From: Gammaproteobacteria bacterium
GTDB lineage: Bacteria > Pseudomonadota > Gammaproteobacteria > Eutrophobiales > Eutrophobiaceae
DNA: 64,000 bases
Reading direction: 5' to 3'
Assembly (NCBI GenBank): GCA_965221695.1
Contig: OZ244905.1
Span: 1,248,001-1,312,000, forward strand
Part shown: piece by piece, positions 10,784 to 20,403 of the stretch
Numbering within the stretch: the first letter of the stretch is position 1
Layout of the letters: every line of letters starts with the position of its first letter
Position numbers and translations under genes: made by a program
The notes under the pieces: model-generated
The model's input: the letters and a program-made list of their open reading frames with translations, nothing else
Databases searched by the model: none
Told to the model about the DNA's origin: nothing

Positions 10784-11104
10784 TCAAACATCGACCACTT
10801 CGTTATTGGACTTGAAATAACGGACCTTGCGGCCGTCCTCCAAAAATCTGAATCCGATACGGTCCGGCCTGTTGGACACCGGATTCCACAAAGCAATATT
10901 GGATATCGAAAACGGCATCTCCTTCTCGATAATGCCGCCAGGGGTTCCGCGTGCAGGATTGCCCTTGGTGTGGCGTTTGGCCATGTTGACATTTTCGACT
11001 ACGACCTTGTGATTACTCATATTGACATTCAGCACCAGACCGCGTTTGCCCTTGTCTTTGCCGGCAATCACGACAACTTCATCACCTTTTCTTATCCTGT
11101 TCAT
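10784..11104 (-). CDS. rplX: 50S ribosomal protein L24
   Basis: KOW motif [16 protein letters not shown]. Confidence 0.99.
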   Translation of the reverse strand: MNRIRKGDEVVVIAGKDKGKRGLVLNVNMSNHKVVVENVNMAKRHTKGNPARGTPGGIIEKEMPFSISNIALWNPVSNRPDRIGFRFLEDGRKVRYFKSNNEVVDV

Positions 11105-11118
11105 GATCGGCGCTCCAA

Positions 11119-11487
11119 CTACAGGACCTCGGGCGCAAGAGAAACGATTTTCATAAAATTCTCACTCCTCAACTCACGGGTAACCGGGCCGAATATCCGG
11201 GTGCCGATTGGCTGCAACTGGTTATTGAGCAGCACTGCGGCATTGCTGTCGAATCGAATCAGCGAACCATCCGGCCTTCTGACTCCCTTTCTGGTGCGCA
11301 CGACTACTGCGTTGTACAGCTCTCCTTTTTTTACCTTGCTTCTCGGGACGGCCTCCTTGATGCTGACCTTTATCACGTCGCCAACCCGGGCATAGCGCCT
11401 TTTCGAACCGCCCAGGACTTTAACGCACATGAGCCGGCGCGCGCCGCTGTTGTCAGCGGCTCCCAATACTGTTTGCATCTGGATCAT
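11119..11487 (-). CDS. rplN: 50S ribosomal protein L14
   Basis: MIQMQT..ADNSGA; [10 protein letters not shown]. Confidence 0.99.
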   Translation of the reverse strand: MIQMQTVLGAADNSGARRLMCVKVLGGSKRRYARVGDVIKVSIKEAVPRSKVKKGELYNAVVVRTRKGVRRPDGSLIRFDSNAAVLLNNQLQPIGTRIFGPVTRELRSENFMKIVSLAPEVL

Positions 11488-11506
11488 TGTTGCGCTCCGT
11501 CCGGTA

Positions 11507-11773
11507 TCATATTTCCTGGGCTTTGCTTACGATACTACGCAAGCGCCAAGCCTTGTTCTTGGAAATGGGCCTGGACGCTTCTATTATCACCATATCGCCT
11601 TGTTTGCACTCGTTATTTTCATCATGGGCAAGCAACTTGGTAGTGCGCCGTATATATTTGCCATATAGCGGATGCTTTACGGTCCTTTGGATATTGACGG
11701 CAATCGACTTGTCCATCTTGCTGCTCACAACTTTGCCGGTCAGTGTCCTGGCTGTGTTCCCGGTTTCACTCAT
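11507..11773 (-). CDS. rpsQ: 30S ribosomal protein S17
   Basis: G.VVS.KMDKS; HPLYGK. Confidence 0.99.
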   Translation of the reverse strand: MSETGNTARTLTGKVVSSKMDKSIAVNIQRTVKHPLYGKYIRRTTKLLAHDENNECKQGDMVIIEASRPISKNKAWRLRSIVSKAQEI

Positions 11774-11966
11774 CTTGTTTCGCCTTCTCGTTTAATACAG
11801 TCTTAATCCTGGCAATTTCCCGCCGCACTTTCTTGAAATGGCTCGGGTTGCCAAGCTGGCCAGAACCTTTCTGCATACGCAGGTTGAACTGTTCGCGCAG
11901 TTGCTCCACGAGCAACTCCTGCAGTTCACTAGGGGTCCTGGCTCTCAGTTCTGCGGCTTTCATCAC
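11766..11966 (-). CDS. rpmC: 50S ribosomal protein L29
   Basis: MKAAELR; FNLRMQ; RREIARIKT. Confidence 0.98.
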   Translation of the reverse strand: MMKAAELRARTPSELQELLVEQLREQFNLRMQKGSGQLGNPSHFKKVRREIARIKTVLNEKAKQDE

Positions 11967-12376
11967 AAAATCGTCCTGTTAACGAACACCGTTTTGACCG
12001 GCAGTTTGGCCGAAGCGAGTTTGAAGGCATCTCTTGCCAGCTCTTCCGATACACCTTCAATCTCATACAACACCTTGCCGGGCCGAATAACGGAAACCCA
12101 GTATTCGACATTGCCCTTGCCCTTGCCCTGACGAACCTCAAGAGGTTTTGTCGTTATCGGCTTGTCCGGGAAAATTCGGATCCAGACCTTACCTCCGCGC
12201 TTGACTTTACGAGTGATCGTTCTGCGAGCAGCCTCAATCTGGCGCGCGGTGATGCGTCCGCGGGTTGTCGCTTTGAGTCCGAACTCGCCGAAACTAACCT
12301 TGTTGCCATTGCCGGCAAGCCCGCGATTCCTACCCTTGCTCTGTTTTCTGAATTTAGTTCGTTTCGGTTGTAACAT
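11963..12376 (-). CDS. rplP: 50S ribosomal protein L16
   Basis: [11 protein letters not shown]; WIRIFPDKP. Confidence 0.99.
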   Translation of the reverse strand: MLQPKRTKFRKQSKGRNRGLAGNGNKVSFGEFGLKATTRGRITARQIEAARRTITRKVKRGGKVWIRIFPDKPITTKPLEVRQGKGKGNVEYWVSVIRPGKVLYEIEGVSEELARDAFKLASAKLPVKTVFVNRTIL

Positions 12377-12380
12377 GGGT

Positions 12381-13052
12381 TCAGCTCCCGATTACAGGCG
12401 CATCGTCCTCACTCTGGTCTTGCCCGTTGAATACTTCACCCTTGAATATCCATACCTTCACGCCGATAACGCCATAGGTCGTATTCGAGTTGGCGACACC
12501 GTAATCAATATCGGCCCGCAAGGTATGCAAGGGCACACGCCCTTCCCGATACCATTCCGAACGGGCTATTTCCGCGCCGTTCAGCCGGCCACTGACACAA
12601 ATTTTTATACCTAACGCGCCAAGCCTCATGGTATTGGTCACCGCCCGTTTCATGGCTCGCCTGAACATGATCTTCCTCTCGATCTGCTGGGCAACACTCT
12701 CCGCCACCAAGCTCGCGTCCAGTTCGGGCTTCCTGATTTCCTGCACGCTGACCTTCGCCCTGACTCCCATCATCCGCGAGACCTCCTGACTTAAACGCTC
12801 AATATCCTCCCCCTTCTTGCCAATCACGATGCCGGGCCTTGCGCTGTGTATGATCACCTTGATTTCGTTGGGAGGACGTTCGATCTGGATGCGGCTCACC
12901 GATGCGTTGACCAGTTTTTTTCTCAGATATTTACGCACCTGCAAGTCCGTATTCAGGTACTTGGCATAATTTTTCGAGTCGGCGTACCAGGTGGAAGTCC
13001 AATCCTTGATAATGCCGATACGGATTCCCGTAGGATGTACTTTCTGCCCCAT
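12381..13052 (-). CDS. rpsC: 30S ribosomal protein S3
   Basis: MGQKVHP; [15 protein letters not shown]. Confidence 0.99.
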   Translation of the reverse strand: MGQKVHPTGIRIGIIKDWTSTWYADSKNYAKYLNTDLQVRKYLRKKLVNASVSRIQIERPPNEIKVIIHSARPGIVIGKKGEDIERLSQEVSRMMGVRAKVSVQEIRKPELDASLVAESVAQQIERKIMFRRAMKRAVTNTMRLGALGIKICVSGRLNGAEIARSEWYREGRVPLHTLRADIDYGVANSNTTYGVIGVKVWIFKGEVFNGQDQSEDDAPVIGS

Positions 13053-13058
13053 GCTGTT

Positions 13059-13394
13059 TTACTCTGTTTTCTCTGTGACCGTTATGACCAGGTGACTCGT
13101 GCGCTTGAAAATCCTGTCCGCGCGTCCGCGCGCTCGGGTGCGCAAGCGTTTGTGGGTTGGCCCCTTGTCAACGCTGATTGCGCTGATTTTCAGTTCGTCT
13201 ATATCAGCAGCCTCGTTGTGTTCGGCATTTGCGATCGCCGACTCGAGAACTTTTTTGACGATGGCGGCGGCTTTCTTATTGCTGTAAGCCAGGATATTAA
13301 TTGCCCGCTCCACCGGCAGGCCGCGCACCTGATCGGCGACCAGGCGCAGTTTCTGTGGCGCCATCCGCACATATTTAAGACATGCTGTCGTCAT
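13059..13394 (-). CDS. rplV: 50S ribosomal protein L22
   Basis: SAIANAEHN; RARGRA. Confidence 0.99.
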   Translation of the reverse strand: MTTACLKYVRMAPQKLRLVADQVRGLPVERAINILAYSNKKAAAIVKKVLESAIANAEHNEAADIDELKISAISVDKGPTHKRLRTRARGRADRIFKRTSHLVITVTEKTE

Positions 13395-13410
13395 GTTCTA
13401 TCGCTTCTGC

Positions 13411-13689
13411 CTACTTTGTGGTTTTTTTATCGGCGGCGTGGCCGCGGAATGTCCGGGTAATGGCAAATTCACCCAGTTTGTGGCCGACCATGTTCTCGGT
13501 GATGAACACCGGCACGTGGTCGCGTCCGTTATGTATCGCTATGGTCAGCCCGACCATGTCCGGCACTATCATCGATCTCCTGGACCAGGTCTTAATCGGG
13601 CGCTTATCACTTTTCTCCCTGGCAGTCTCTACCTTGGCCATCAGGTGATGGTCTATGAACGGCCCTTTTTTAATCGAACGCGGCATCAC
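13411..13689 (-). CDS. rpsS: 30S ribosomal protein S19
   Basis: PRSIKKGPF; MVGHKLGEF. Confidence 0.99.
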   Translation of the reverse strand: MMPRSIKKGPFIDHHLMAKVETAREKSDKRPIKTWSRRSMIVPDMVGLTIAIHNGRDHVPVFITENMVGHKLGEFAITRTFRGHAADKKTTK

Positions 13690-14510
13690 TGTTTCCTTTT
13701 ACGAATAATCATGTTGTCGGTGCGCTTGTTTTTCCTCGTCTTGTAACCCTTGGTCGGGTAGCCCCAGGGCGTGCACGGGTGCCGCCCGCCTGATGAACGT
13801 CCTTCGCCACCGCCATGGGGGTGGTCAACCGGGTTCATAGCCACGCCGCGCACCGTGGGCCGTATCCCGCGCCAACGTTTGGCCCCGGCCTTGCCCAGTT
13901 TTTGCAACGAATGCTCAACATTGCTTGCCTCGCCGATGCTGGCCCGGCAATCCAGCGACGCTTTCCTCACCTCGCCCGAGCGCAGGCGCAAGGTTGCATG
14001 TGAACCTTCCCGCGCAACCAACTGCACAGCCGCGCCAGCGCTGCGAGCGAGCTGCGCGCCCTTGCCGGGCTTCAATTCCACGCAATGGATGGTGGCGCCC
14101 ACCGGAATATTGCGCAGCGGTAAACAGTTCCCGGGCGCAATATCGGCGCGCGGCCCGGACATCAGGACCGCTCCGACCCCGACCCGCGCCGGGGCAATGA
14201 TGTAACGGCGCTCGCCGTCCGCATAACATAACAGAGCAATGTGCGCGGTGCGGTTGGGATCGTATTCAATTCGCTCTACCCTGGCTTCTATGCCGTCTTT
14301 GTCCCGCTTGAAATCGATAATTCGATAGCGTTGTTTAGCGCCGCCGCCCCGATGTCTTACAGTAATCCGGCCATGATTGTTGCGACCCGCGGTCCTGCCC
14401 TGCTTTTCGACGAGCGGCTGGTACGGAGCGCCCTTGTGCAGGCCCGGATTGACCACCTTGACCATGCCGCGACGGCCGGGCGATGTGGGTTTAGGGTTGA
14501 CTAACGGCAT
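13686..14510 (-). CDS. rplB: 50S ribosomal protein L2
   Basis: [17 protein letters not shown]. Confidence 0.99.
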   Translation of the reverse strand: MPLVNPKPTSPGRRGMVKVVNPGLHKGAPYQPLVEKQGRTAGRNNHGRITVRHRGGGAKQRYRIIDFKRDKDGIEARVERIEYDPNRTAHIALLCYADGERRYIIAPARVGVGAVLMSGPRADIAPGNCLPLRNIPVGATIHCVELKPGKGAQLARSAGAAVQLVAREGSHATLRLRSGEVRKASLDCRASIGEASNVEHSLQKLGKAGAKRWRGIRPTVRGVAMNPVDHPHGGGEGRSSGGRHPCTPWGYPTKGYKTRKNKRTDNMIIRKRKQ

Positions 14511-14522
14511 TTCTCATCTCTC

Positions 14523-14819
14523 CTATGCGCCCATAAAGTCTATATCGAACCCGGGTTTCAGCCTGACGTAGGCCTTCTTCCAGTCCGGACGTTTGCCGGG
14601 GGCGCGCCGGAACATCTTGCTCTTGCCGCGCACGTTCAAAACCTGAACCGACTCGACTTCAACCTCGAACATTTTCTCCACAGCTTTTCTGATCTCCGGT
14701 TTGCTGGCGTCACGCATGACCTTAAACACGAATTGCCCGTGTTTATCCGCAGTATATGTGCTTTTTTCCGTCACGCGCGGTTCCAGCAGAACTTTCATCA
14801 GCCTTTCGTCAGTCATCAT
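14523..14819 (-). CDS. rplW: 50S ribosomal protein L23
   Basis: P.VTEKS; WKKAYVRL. Confidence 0.99.
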   Translation of the reverse strand: MMTDERLMKVLLEPRVTEKSTYTADKHGQFVFKVMRDASKPEIRKAVEKMFEVEVESVQVLNVRGKSKMFRRAPGKRPDWKKAYVRLKPGFDIDFMGA

Positions 14820-14860
14820 CCCGGCCTGTGCATTGTGTCTTTCAGAAAGTAATTCACAGT

Positions 14861-15052
14861 TTACCCTCCTGTTTCAGAGCTTATGTGCTGACTCGGGCGA
14901 AGATCCTGTTTTAGCAGCGGCCAAGCGTCTTCATAGGGCATAATATCTTCGTGTCCGTGCTTGGTAGAGTGCCAGTGGGCGTCTATACCATCCCACCCAT
15001 TTCCCTGAAAAACATGACCGCACTCAGGACATATCTTGCGTTCATCTGTCAT
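14861..15052 (-). CDS. Small C2H2-like zinc-finger protein inserted between rplD and rplW
   Basis: 63 aa with CPEC-x14-HWHSTKHGH. Co-oriented with the operon; the ATG overlaps the end of rplD and follows a purine-rich GGGGGAAAGGG. It fills an abnormal 222-bp rplD-rplW gap. Confidence 0.75.
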   Translation of the reverse strand: MTDERKICPECGHVFQGNGWDGIDAHWHSTKHGHEDIMPYEDAWPLLKQDLRPSQHISSETGG

Positions 15053-15701
15053 CTGAGCCCTTTCCCCCGTCTTCTGTCTTCTGTGCGCCTAACCATTTTT
15101 CTACTGATTTCAGGGCTGGCTTGGTTATCAGCGCCCGGTCAAACCCGATCAGCGAATAAGGATCGAGCTCATGGACGCTGATGACGGCCACGCGGGCCAA
15201 GTTACGGGTCGACAAGCGCAGTTCCTCGCTGATGGTATCGGTAATGATCAATACTTCTTCCAGGCCCAGTTCTGCCAGCATTGCCAGCGCAGCTTTTGTT
15301 TTGGCCGAATCGATATTCAATTTATCGATGCACAGCAGTCGCTCCTGGCGAACCAGTTCCGAAAAGATGGCGCGCAGCGCGCCACGGTACATTTTCCTGT
15401 TTATTTTCCTGGCGTGCCGACGCTGATTGTTTGTGAAGGTGACACCGCCTCCACGCCACAGCGGACTCCGGATAGTGCCTGCCCTGGCCCGACCCAGACC
15501 CTTCTGGCGCCAAGGCTTTTTTCCGCCTCCTCTTACGGCCGAACGGTTTTTCATCGACTTGGCCGCTGATCTGCCCGTCGCCAGGTAAGCAGTCAGCGCC
15601 TGGTGCACCAGAGGCTCATTGTATGCGACGGCAAATACCTCATCGGCGACGGTGATGCTTCCCGTCTGTTTCTTTCCCGCTTTGTGCAATACCAGTTTCA
15701 C
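15042..15701 (-). CDS. rplD: 50S ribosomal protein L4
   Basis: KPWRQKGLGRARAG..RSPLWRGGG; start placed at GTG 15701; short C-terminal extension. Confidence 0.98.
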   Translation of the reverse strand: MKLVLHKAGKKQTGSITVADEVFAVAYNEPLVHQALTAYLATGRSAAKSMKNRSAVRGGGKKPWRQKGLGRARAGTIRSPLWRGGGVTFTNNQRRHARKINRKMYRGALRAIFSELVRQERLLCIDKLNIDSAKTKAALAMLAELGLEEVLIITDTISEELRLSTRNLARVAVISVHELDPYSLIGFDRALITKPALKSVEKWLGAQKTEDGGKGSDDR

Positions 15702-15717
15702 CCTAGCCCTCCCGCAT

Positions 15718-16359
15718 TCAGAGCGACTTGACCGAAGGCCTGACAACCAGGGTTCCGCCTGCCGCGCCAGGCACGGATCCCTTGACCAGCACCAGGTTCC
15801 GATCCGGGTCAACCTTGATAACTTCCAGGTTCTGCGCAGTCTGTTTTACATTGCCCATATGTCCCGCCATCTTCTTGCCGGGGAAAACCCGACCGGGCGA
15901 CTGGTTCTGCCCTATCGAGCCGGGAGCCCGATGCGCGCGGGAATTGCCGTGACTATTGCGCTGGCTGCTGAAGTTGTGCCGCTTTATCACACCCGCATAA
16001 CCTTTTCCGATTGTCTTTCCCGTTACATCCACTTTCTGCCCGACCTGGAAAATCTCCACAGTGATGTCCGAACCGGTAGCGAATTCTTCGCCCTCGCTAC
16101 CATTCAGCCTGAATTCGTGTAAACCCTCAGCGGTCTCGACCCCGGCTCTGGCCAGCGCGCCCACCAAGGGTTTGTTGATCAGGCTGCGGCGTTTGCTCCC
16201 ATAAGCGACCTGCAACGCACTGTAACCACGCTGTTCATCAGTCGCCAGAGCGGTAACCCTGTTAGGGGTCGCCTCAATCACCGTTACCGGCACGGACTGG
16301 CCGGCTTCGGTAAATATCCGGGTCATGCCCCGCTTTTTGCCTACGATGCCAATCGTCAT
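15718..16359 (-). CDS. rplC: 50S ribosomal protein L3
   Basis: GKKRGMT; [15 protein letters not shown]; start placed at ATG 16359. Confidence 0.98.
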   Translation of the reverse strand: MTIGIVGKKRGMTRIFTEAGQSVPVTVIEATPNRVTALATDEQRGYSALQVAYGSKRRSLINKPLVGALARAGVETAEGLHEFRLNGSEGEEFATGSDITVEIFQVGQKVDVTGKTIGKGYAGVIKRHNFSSQRNSHGNSRAHRAPGSIGQNQSPGRVFPGKKMAGHMGNVKQTAQNLEVIKVDPDRNLVLVKGSVPGAAGGTLVVRPSVKSL

Positions 16360-16428
16360 AATACTCACACCCGTTGCGAGCTCTTACCTTTGTTATGTAA
16401 ATTTTGCCAACTGACCTGCGCCCCACAC

Positions 16429-16517
16429 CATTCCTGGATAAACGGGAATCCAGTAGAACAAAGGGTCGCTCTCCGGGCGACACTGTATTTGACTGGACTC
16501 CCGCTGCTGCGGGAGTG
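16429..16517. repeat. dRS3/RPE-like palindromic doublet (ATTCCY-N8-GGGAAT type)
   Basis: cattcctggataaacgggaatccagt ... actggactcccgctgctgcgggagtg; a partial second copy lies at 57071-57125. Confidence 0.7.
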
Positions 16518-16583
16518 GCACAAGGGAATGCCCTGACCTGTGCCAACAGTTACATGCTTGTGCAAAGACTTGATCATGGAGGT

Positions 16584-16898
16584 TTAGCTCAGCCTGATCT
16601 GGACATCCACGCCTGCGGCAAGGTCCAGTTTCATCAACGCGTCAACCGTCTTGTCAGTGGGGTTGACGATGTCCACCAGGCGCTTATGAGTCCTGATTTC
16701 ATACTGATCTCTGGCATCCTTGTTCACGTGGGGCGATATCAGCACCGTATATCGCTCTTTTTTTGTCGGCAACGGGATAGGGCCTTTCACATGGGCGCCG
16801 GTGCGGCGCGCAGTCTCGACGATTTCCCGGGTCGACTGATCGATCAGCCGATGGTCGAACGCTTTCAATCTTATTCGTATAACCTGTTCTGTTGCCAT
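16584..16898 (-). CDS. rpsJ: 30S ribosomal protein S10
   Basis: [14 protein letters not shown]; GPIPLPT; SPHVNK. Confidence 0.99.
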   Translation of the reverse strand: MATEQVIRIRLKAFDHRLIDQSTREIVETARRTGAHVKGPIPLPTKKERYTVLISPHVNKDARDQYEIRTHKRLVDIVNPTDKTVDALMKLDLAAGVDVQIRLS

Positions 16899-16925
16899 GA
16901 TTTTTCGCTCTATAACCGGGTCTGC

Positions 16926-19031
16926 TCAAGCCGCTTTTCGTTTTGTGAGTTCTTCTGCAATCCCGGGAGGAACAGGTATGTATTTCAAGAATTCCATGGT
17001 GTATGTCGCGCGCCCCTGGGTGGCCGAACGCAACGCTGTGGCATAACCGAACATCTGCTCAAGAGGAACTTCCGCCTTGATTATCCTGCCTGCAGCGGAG
17101 CTTACTGTTTCCGACAGGATGCCGCGCCGTCGGCTCAAATCGCCGGTCACGGAACCCAGGTAATCTTCCGGGGTAACGACTTCCACTTTCATAACTGGTT
17201 CCAGCAGTGTTGGCGCGGCGCGCAGGGCGCCGTCCCTGAAGCCTATGGAACCGGCAATCTTGAAGGCCATTTCGCTGGAATCCACTTCATGGAAAGAACC
17301 ATCATACAAGGTGACTTTGACATCCACCACCGGGTAGCCGGCGATAATGCCGCTCTCCATCTGCTCCTGAATGCCCTTGTTTACGGCCGGGATATATTCC
17401 TTCGGTATGGCGCCGCCGACAATATTGTTGATGAACTCGAAGCCTTGACCCGGTTGCTGCGGCTCAATTTTCAATATGACATGACCGTACTGGCCGCGTC
17501 CGCCGGACTGACGCACAAACCGCCCTTCCGCCTTATCCACTGATTTGCTAAGGGTTTCGCGATATGCCACCTGGGGCCTGCCGACATTGGCGTCGACCTT
17601 GAATTCCCGCTTCAACCGGTCCACGATGATCTCGAGGTGCAACTCACCCATGCCCGATATGATGGTTTGCCCGGACTCATCGTCGGTATGCACACGGAAC
17701 GAGGGATCCTCCTGCGCCAGTTTACCCAGGGCAATACCCATTTTTTCCTGGTCAGGCCTGGTTTTCGGTTCCACAGCGACGGATATGACCGGATCTGGAA
17801 ACTCCATCCTTTCCAGAATAATGGCATTATGCGTCGGGCATAAGGTGTCACCCGTGGTCACGTCCTTGAGCCCGACAGCGGCGGCAATATCACCCGCCCT
17901 TACCTCGTTTATTTCCTCCCTGGAGTTGGCATGCATTTGCAGGATCCGCCCGATACGCTCTTTCTTGTCTTTCACCGTGTTCAGAATCGTGTCGCCAGAC
18001 TTGAGAACACCGGAATAGACCCGGAAAAAAGTCAATGACCCGACAAACGGATCCGCGGCAATCTTGAATGCAAGCGCCGCAAATGGCTCATCATCGGAAG
18101 ACTGCCGGGAAATTTCGGTTTTGGGATCGTTTGCCAGCGCGCCCTTTACGGCAGGCACGTCAACAGGCGCGGGCAGGTAGTCGATGATTGCATCCAGCAT
18201 GCACTGCACGCCCTTGTTCTTGAATGCCGACCCGCATAGCGCCGGCACTATCTCGTTGCTCAAGGTCCTTTTCCTGATACCTTGCTTGATTTGTTCCACT
18301 GACAGGTCGCCTTCTTCCAGATAGAGTTCCATTAATTCCTCATCCGCCTCGGCGGCGGCCGCCACCAGTGTTTCGCGGGCTTCCCGACAGGCGTCGATCA
18401 TATGCTCTGGAATATCTCCTTCGGTAAAGTTCATGCCCATGCTGACATCATCCCAGTGAATCGACTTGCCGCGCACAAGGTCGACAATGCCTTGATACCT
18501 GTCTTCTGCGCCGATGGGTAGTTGCAACGGCACAACATCACTGCCGAGGCGATCCCTTATCTGCTCGACCACCCTGAGAAAATCCGCGCCGGAGCGATCC
18601 ATTTTATTGATGAAGGCCAATCTTGGCACGTTATACTTATCCGCCTGGCGCCATACTGTTTCTGATTGCGGCTCAACGCCGCCAACTGCGCAGAACACCG
18701 CGCAAGCGCCATCCAGGACCCTCAGCGATCGCTCAACCTCAATGGTAAAATCCACGTGCCCGGGGGTGTCGATGATGTTGATCCGGTGTTCCGGATACTG
18801 GCCCGCCATACCTTTCCAAAAACAGGTTGTCGCCGCCGAAGTGATCGTGATGCCTCGCTCCTGTTCCTGCTCCATCCAATCCATGGTGGCGGCGCCGTCA
18901 TGCACCTCGCCTATCTTGTGGGAAACGCCTGTGTAATACAGGATGCGTTCCGTGGTGGTCGTTTTACCGGCATCTATGTGAGCCATAATGCCGATATTAC
19001 GGTAACGTTCTATAGCTGTGCTGCGCGCCAT
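16926..19031 (-). CDS. fusA: Elongation factor G
   Basis: AHIDAGKTT; RGITI; DTPGHVDF. Confidence 0.99.
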   Translation of the reverse strand: MARSTAIERYRNIGIMAHIDAGKTTTTERILYYTGVSHKIGEVHDGAATMDWMEQEQERGITITSAATTCFWKGMAGQYPEHRINIIDTPGHVDFTIEVERSLRVLDGACAVFCAVGGVEPQSETVWRQADKYNVPRLAFINKMDRSGADFLRVVEQIRDRLGSDVVPLQLPIGAEDRYQGIVDLVRGKSIHWDDVSMGMNFTEGDIPEHMIDACREARETLVAAAAEADEELMELYLEEGDLSVEQIKQGIRKRTLSNEIVPALCGSAFKNKGVQCMLDAIIDYLPAPVDVPAVKGALANDPKTEISRQSSDDEPFAALAFKIAADPFVGSLTFFRVYSGVLKSGDTILNTVKDKKERIGRILQMHANSREEINEVRAGDIAAAVGLKDVTTGDTLCPTHNAIILERMEFPDPVISVAVEPKTRPDQEKMGIALGKLAQEDPSFRVHTDDESGQTIISGMGELHLEIIVDRLKREFKVDANVGRPQVAYRETLSKSVDKAEGRFVRQSGGRGQYGHVILKIEPQQPGQGFEFINNIVGGAIPKEYIPAVNKGIQEQMESGIIAGYPVVDVKVTLYDGSFHEVDSSEMAFKIAGSIGFRDGALRAAPTLLEPVMKVEVVTPEDYLGSVTGDLSRRRGILSETVSSAAGRIIKAEVPLEQMFGYATALRSATQGRATYTMEFLKYIPVPPGIAEELTKRKAA

Positions 19032-19056
19032 GGCTGAATCACTCCTTTACCTGCTA

Positions 19057-19530
19057 TCACCATCGGTAATGGGAGAAGGCCTTGTTGGCCTCAGCCATCT
19101 TGTGGGTGTCTTCTCTCTTTTTTATCGCGGTCCCCTTGTTCTCCGAAGCGTCCAGAATCTCGCCCGCCAGGCGCAGTCCCATACTTTTCTCTCCACGATT
19201 CTTTGCGGCATCAACCAACCAACGCATAGCCAGCGTTATACTGCGCTCCGCGCGCACTTCAATCGGAATCTGGTAGGTAGCGCCGCCTACCCGCCTGGAT
19301 TTCACTTCAACCACCGGCTTCACGTTATCCAGCGCCTCGATAAACACCTCCAGTGAGTTCTCCGTTTTTTTTCTGGCGCCGATTTGATCGAGCGCGCCGT
19401 AAACGATTTTTTCCGCGATGGATTTCTTACCACTGCGCATGACCATGTTGATAAACTTTGCCAGGACCGTATTGTGGTACTTCGGATCCGGCAAGATTTC
19501 CCGTTTTTCGGCTTCTCTTCTTCTGGACAT
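19057..19530 (-). CDS. rpsG: 30S ribosomal protein S7
   Basis: [10 protein letters not shown]; [10 protein letters not shown]. Confidence 0.99.
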   Translation of the reverse strand: MSRRREAEKREILPDPKYHNTVLAKFINMVMRSGKKSIAEKIVYGALDQIGARKKTENSLEVFIEALDNVKPVVEVKSRRVGGATYQIPIEVRAERSITLAMRWLVDAAKNRGEKSMGLRLAGEILDASENKGTAIKKREDTHKMAEANKAFSHYRW

Positions 19531-19564
19531 GACAGGCGCTTAGCAAATGGGTGAAGTATTACGT

Positions 19565-19939
19565 TTATGACTTGGGTTTCTTTGCGCCGTACTTGGAGCG
19601 GCGCTGGCGCCTATCAACTACGCCGGAGGTATCCAGAGTGCCCCGCACCGTATGGTAGCGCACGCCCGGCAGATCCTTTACCCGGCCGCCGCGTATCAGA
19701 ATGACGGAGTGTTCCTGCAGATTATGTCCCTCGCCACCGATATAGGTGGTCACTTCATAACCGTTGGTGAGCCGCACCCGGGCAACCTTGCGCAGAGCGG
19801 AGTTGGGTTTTTTCGGCGTGGTGGTGTAGACGCGGGTACACACCCCGCGTTTCTGGGGACAACTGTCAAGAGCAGGCACATTGCTCTTTGCCCGTTGCCG
19901 TTTTCTCGGCTTGCGCACCAACTGACTGATTGTAGCCAT
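19565..19939 (-). CDS. rpsL: 30S ribosomal protein S12
   Basis: [10 protein letters not shown]; [10 protein letters not shown]. Confidence 0.99.
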   Translation of the reverse strand: MATISQLVRKPRKRQRAKSNVPALDSCPQKRGVCTRVYTTTPKKPNSALRKVARVRLTNGYEVTTYIGGEGHNLQEHSVILIRGGRVKDLPGVRYHTVRGTLDTSGVVDRRQRRSKYGAKKPKS

Positions 19940-20140
19940 GAATAACTCTTCGTTTTAACCTGTTGTAGTTAACCGCGCCGCATGCGTGGTTTCCAGCAGC
20001 GCTGTAAATCAGCGCGTCCTAAGACATACCGGGCTTACGCTGATTGATAAAACAAAAAAACAACCACTACATCGGTCGTTTTTTGCCGCTGAATGGAAGG
20101 TTGGACACTTGTGTCCTTCAGCTTCCCAAAAAGAAGCGGG

Positions 20141-20170
20141 ATTTTAACCCGATATAAATCAGTATGTCAA
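20141..20170 (-). promoter_or_regulatory. Putative sigma70 promoter of the str operon
   Basis: Minus strand TTGACA-18 bp-TAAAAT followed by a GC-rich discriminator (CCCGC). Confidence 0.65.
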
Positions 20171-20191
20171 GAACAAGAAGAGAAAAAATCT

Positions 20192-20266
20192 TAAACCGAA
20201 TATCTCACCGATTCGCTTGTTAACATCAGAGTGATCATCGCATCAATCGGTGAGATATTCGGGTTA
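20192..20266. repeat. 75-bp element with 22-bp inverted ends (MITE-like or hairpin)
   Basis: taaaccgaatatctcaccgatt ... aatcggtgagatattcgggtta (1 mismatch), with TA at both ends. Confidence 0.65.
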
Positions 20267-20298
20267 GCGTACGCATCGTTTGTGCTTTAACGTTTCCA

Positions 20299-20331
20299 CT
20301 GGGGGCGCGGACGTCTCGCCCGAGCCCCCAG
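20299..20331. repeat. REP-like palindrome (GGGAGCGCGGGCGTCCCGCCCGC type)
   Basis: ctgggggcgcggacgtctcgcccgagcccccag; related copies at 52147-52196 and 62731-62754. Confidence 0.55.
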
Positions 20332-20356
20332 GGAAACAAGTGACCGATGTCTGGCG

Positions 20357-20403
20357 CTTCTACGCGCTCTCACCAGTCCTGGATGGACTTGTTCGAAGAT
20401 TCC
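20357..20403. repeat. Decayed left end of the 151-bp MITE abutting the rpoC stop codon
   Basis: Minus strand TAA|GGAATCTTCGAACAAGTCCATCCAGGACTGGTGAGAG versus consensus GGAAACTCTGAACAAGTCCATCCTGGACTTGTCAGAG. Confidence 0.75.

Noticed and set aside
15702-15812. N-terminal extensions of rplD (and of rplA, rplE, rplC) in the ORF track
   Set aside because: These are longest-ORF artefacts; the rplD, rplA and rplE extensions overlap upstream genes, and canonical starts lie downstream.
19940-20140. Structured rpsL 5' leader as a novel ncRNA
   Set aside because: Some hairpins are present (e.g. ggacac-tt-gtgtcc), but they cannot be supported without comparative data, and long rpsL leaders are common.
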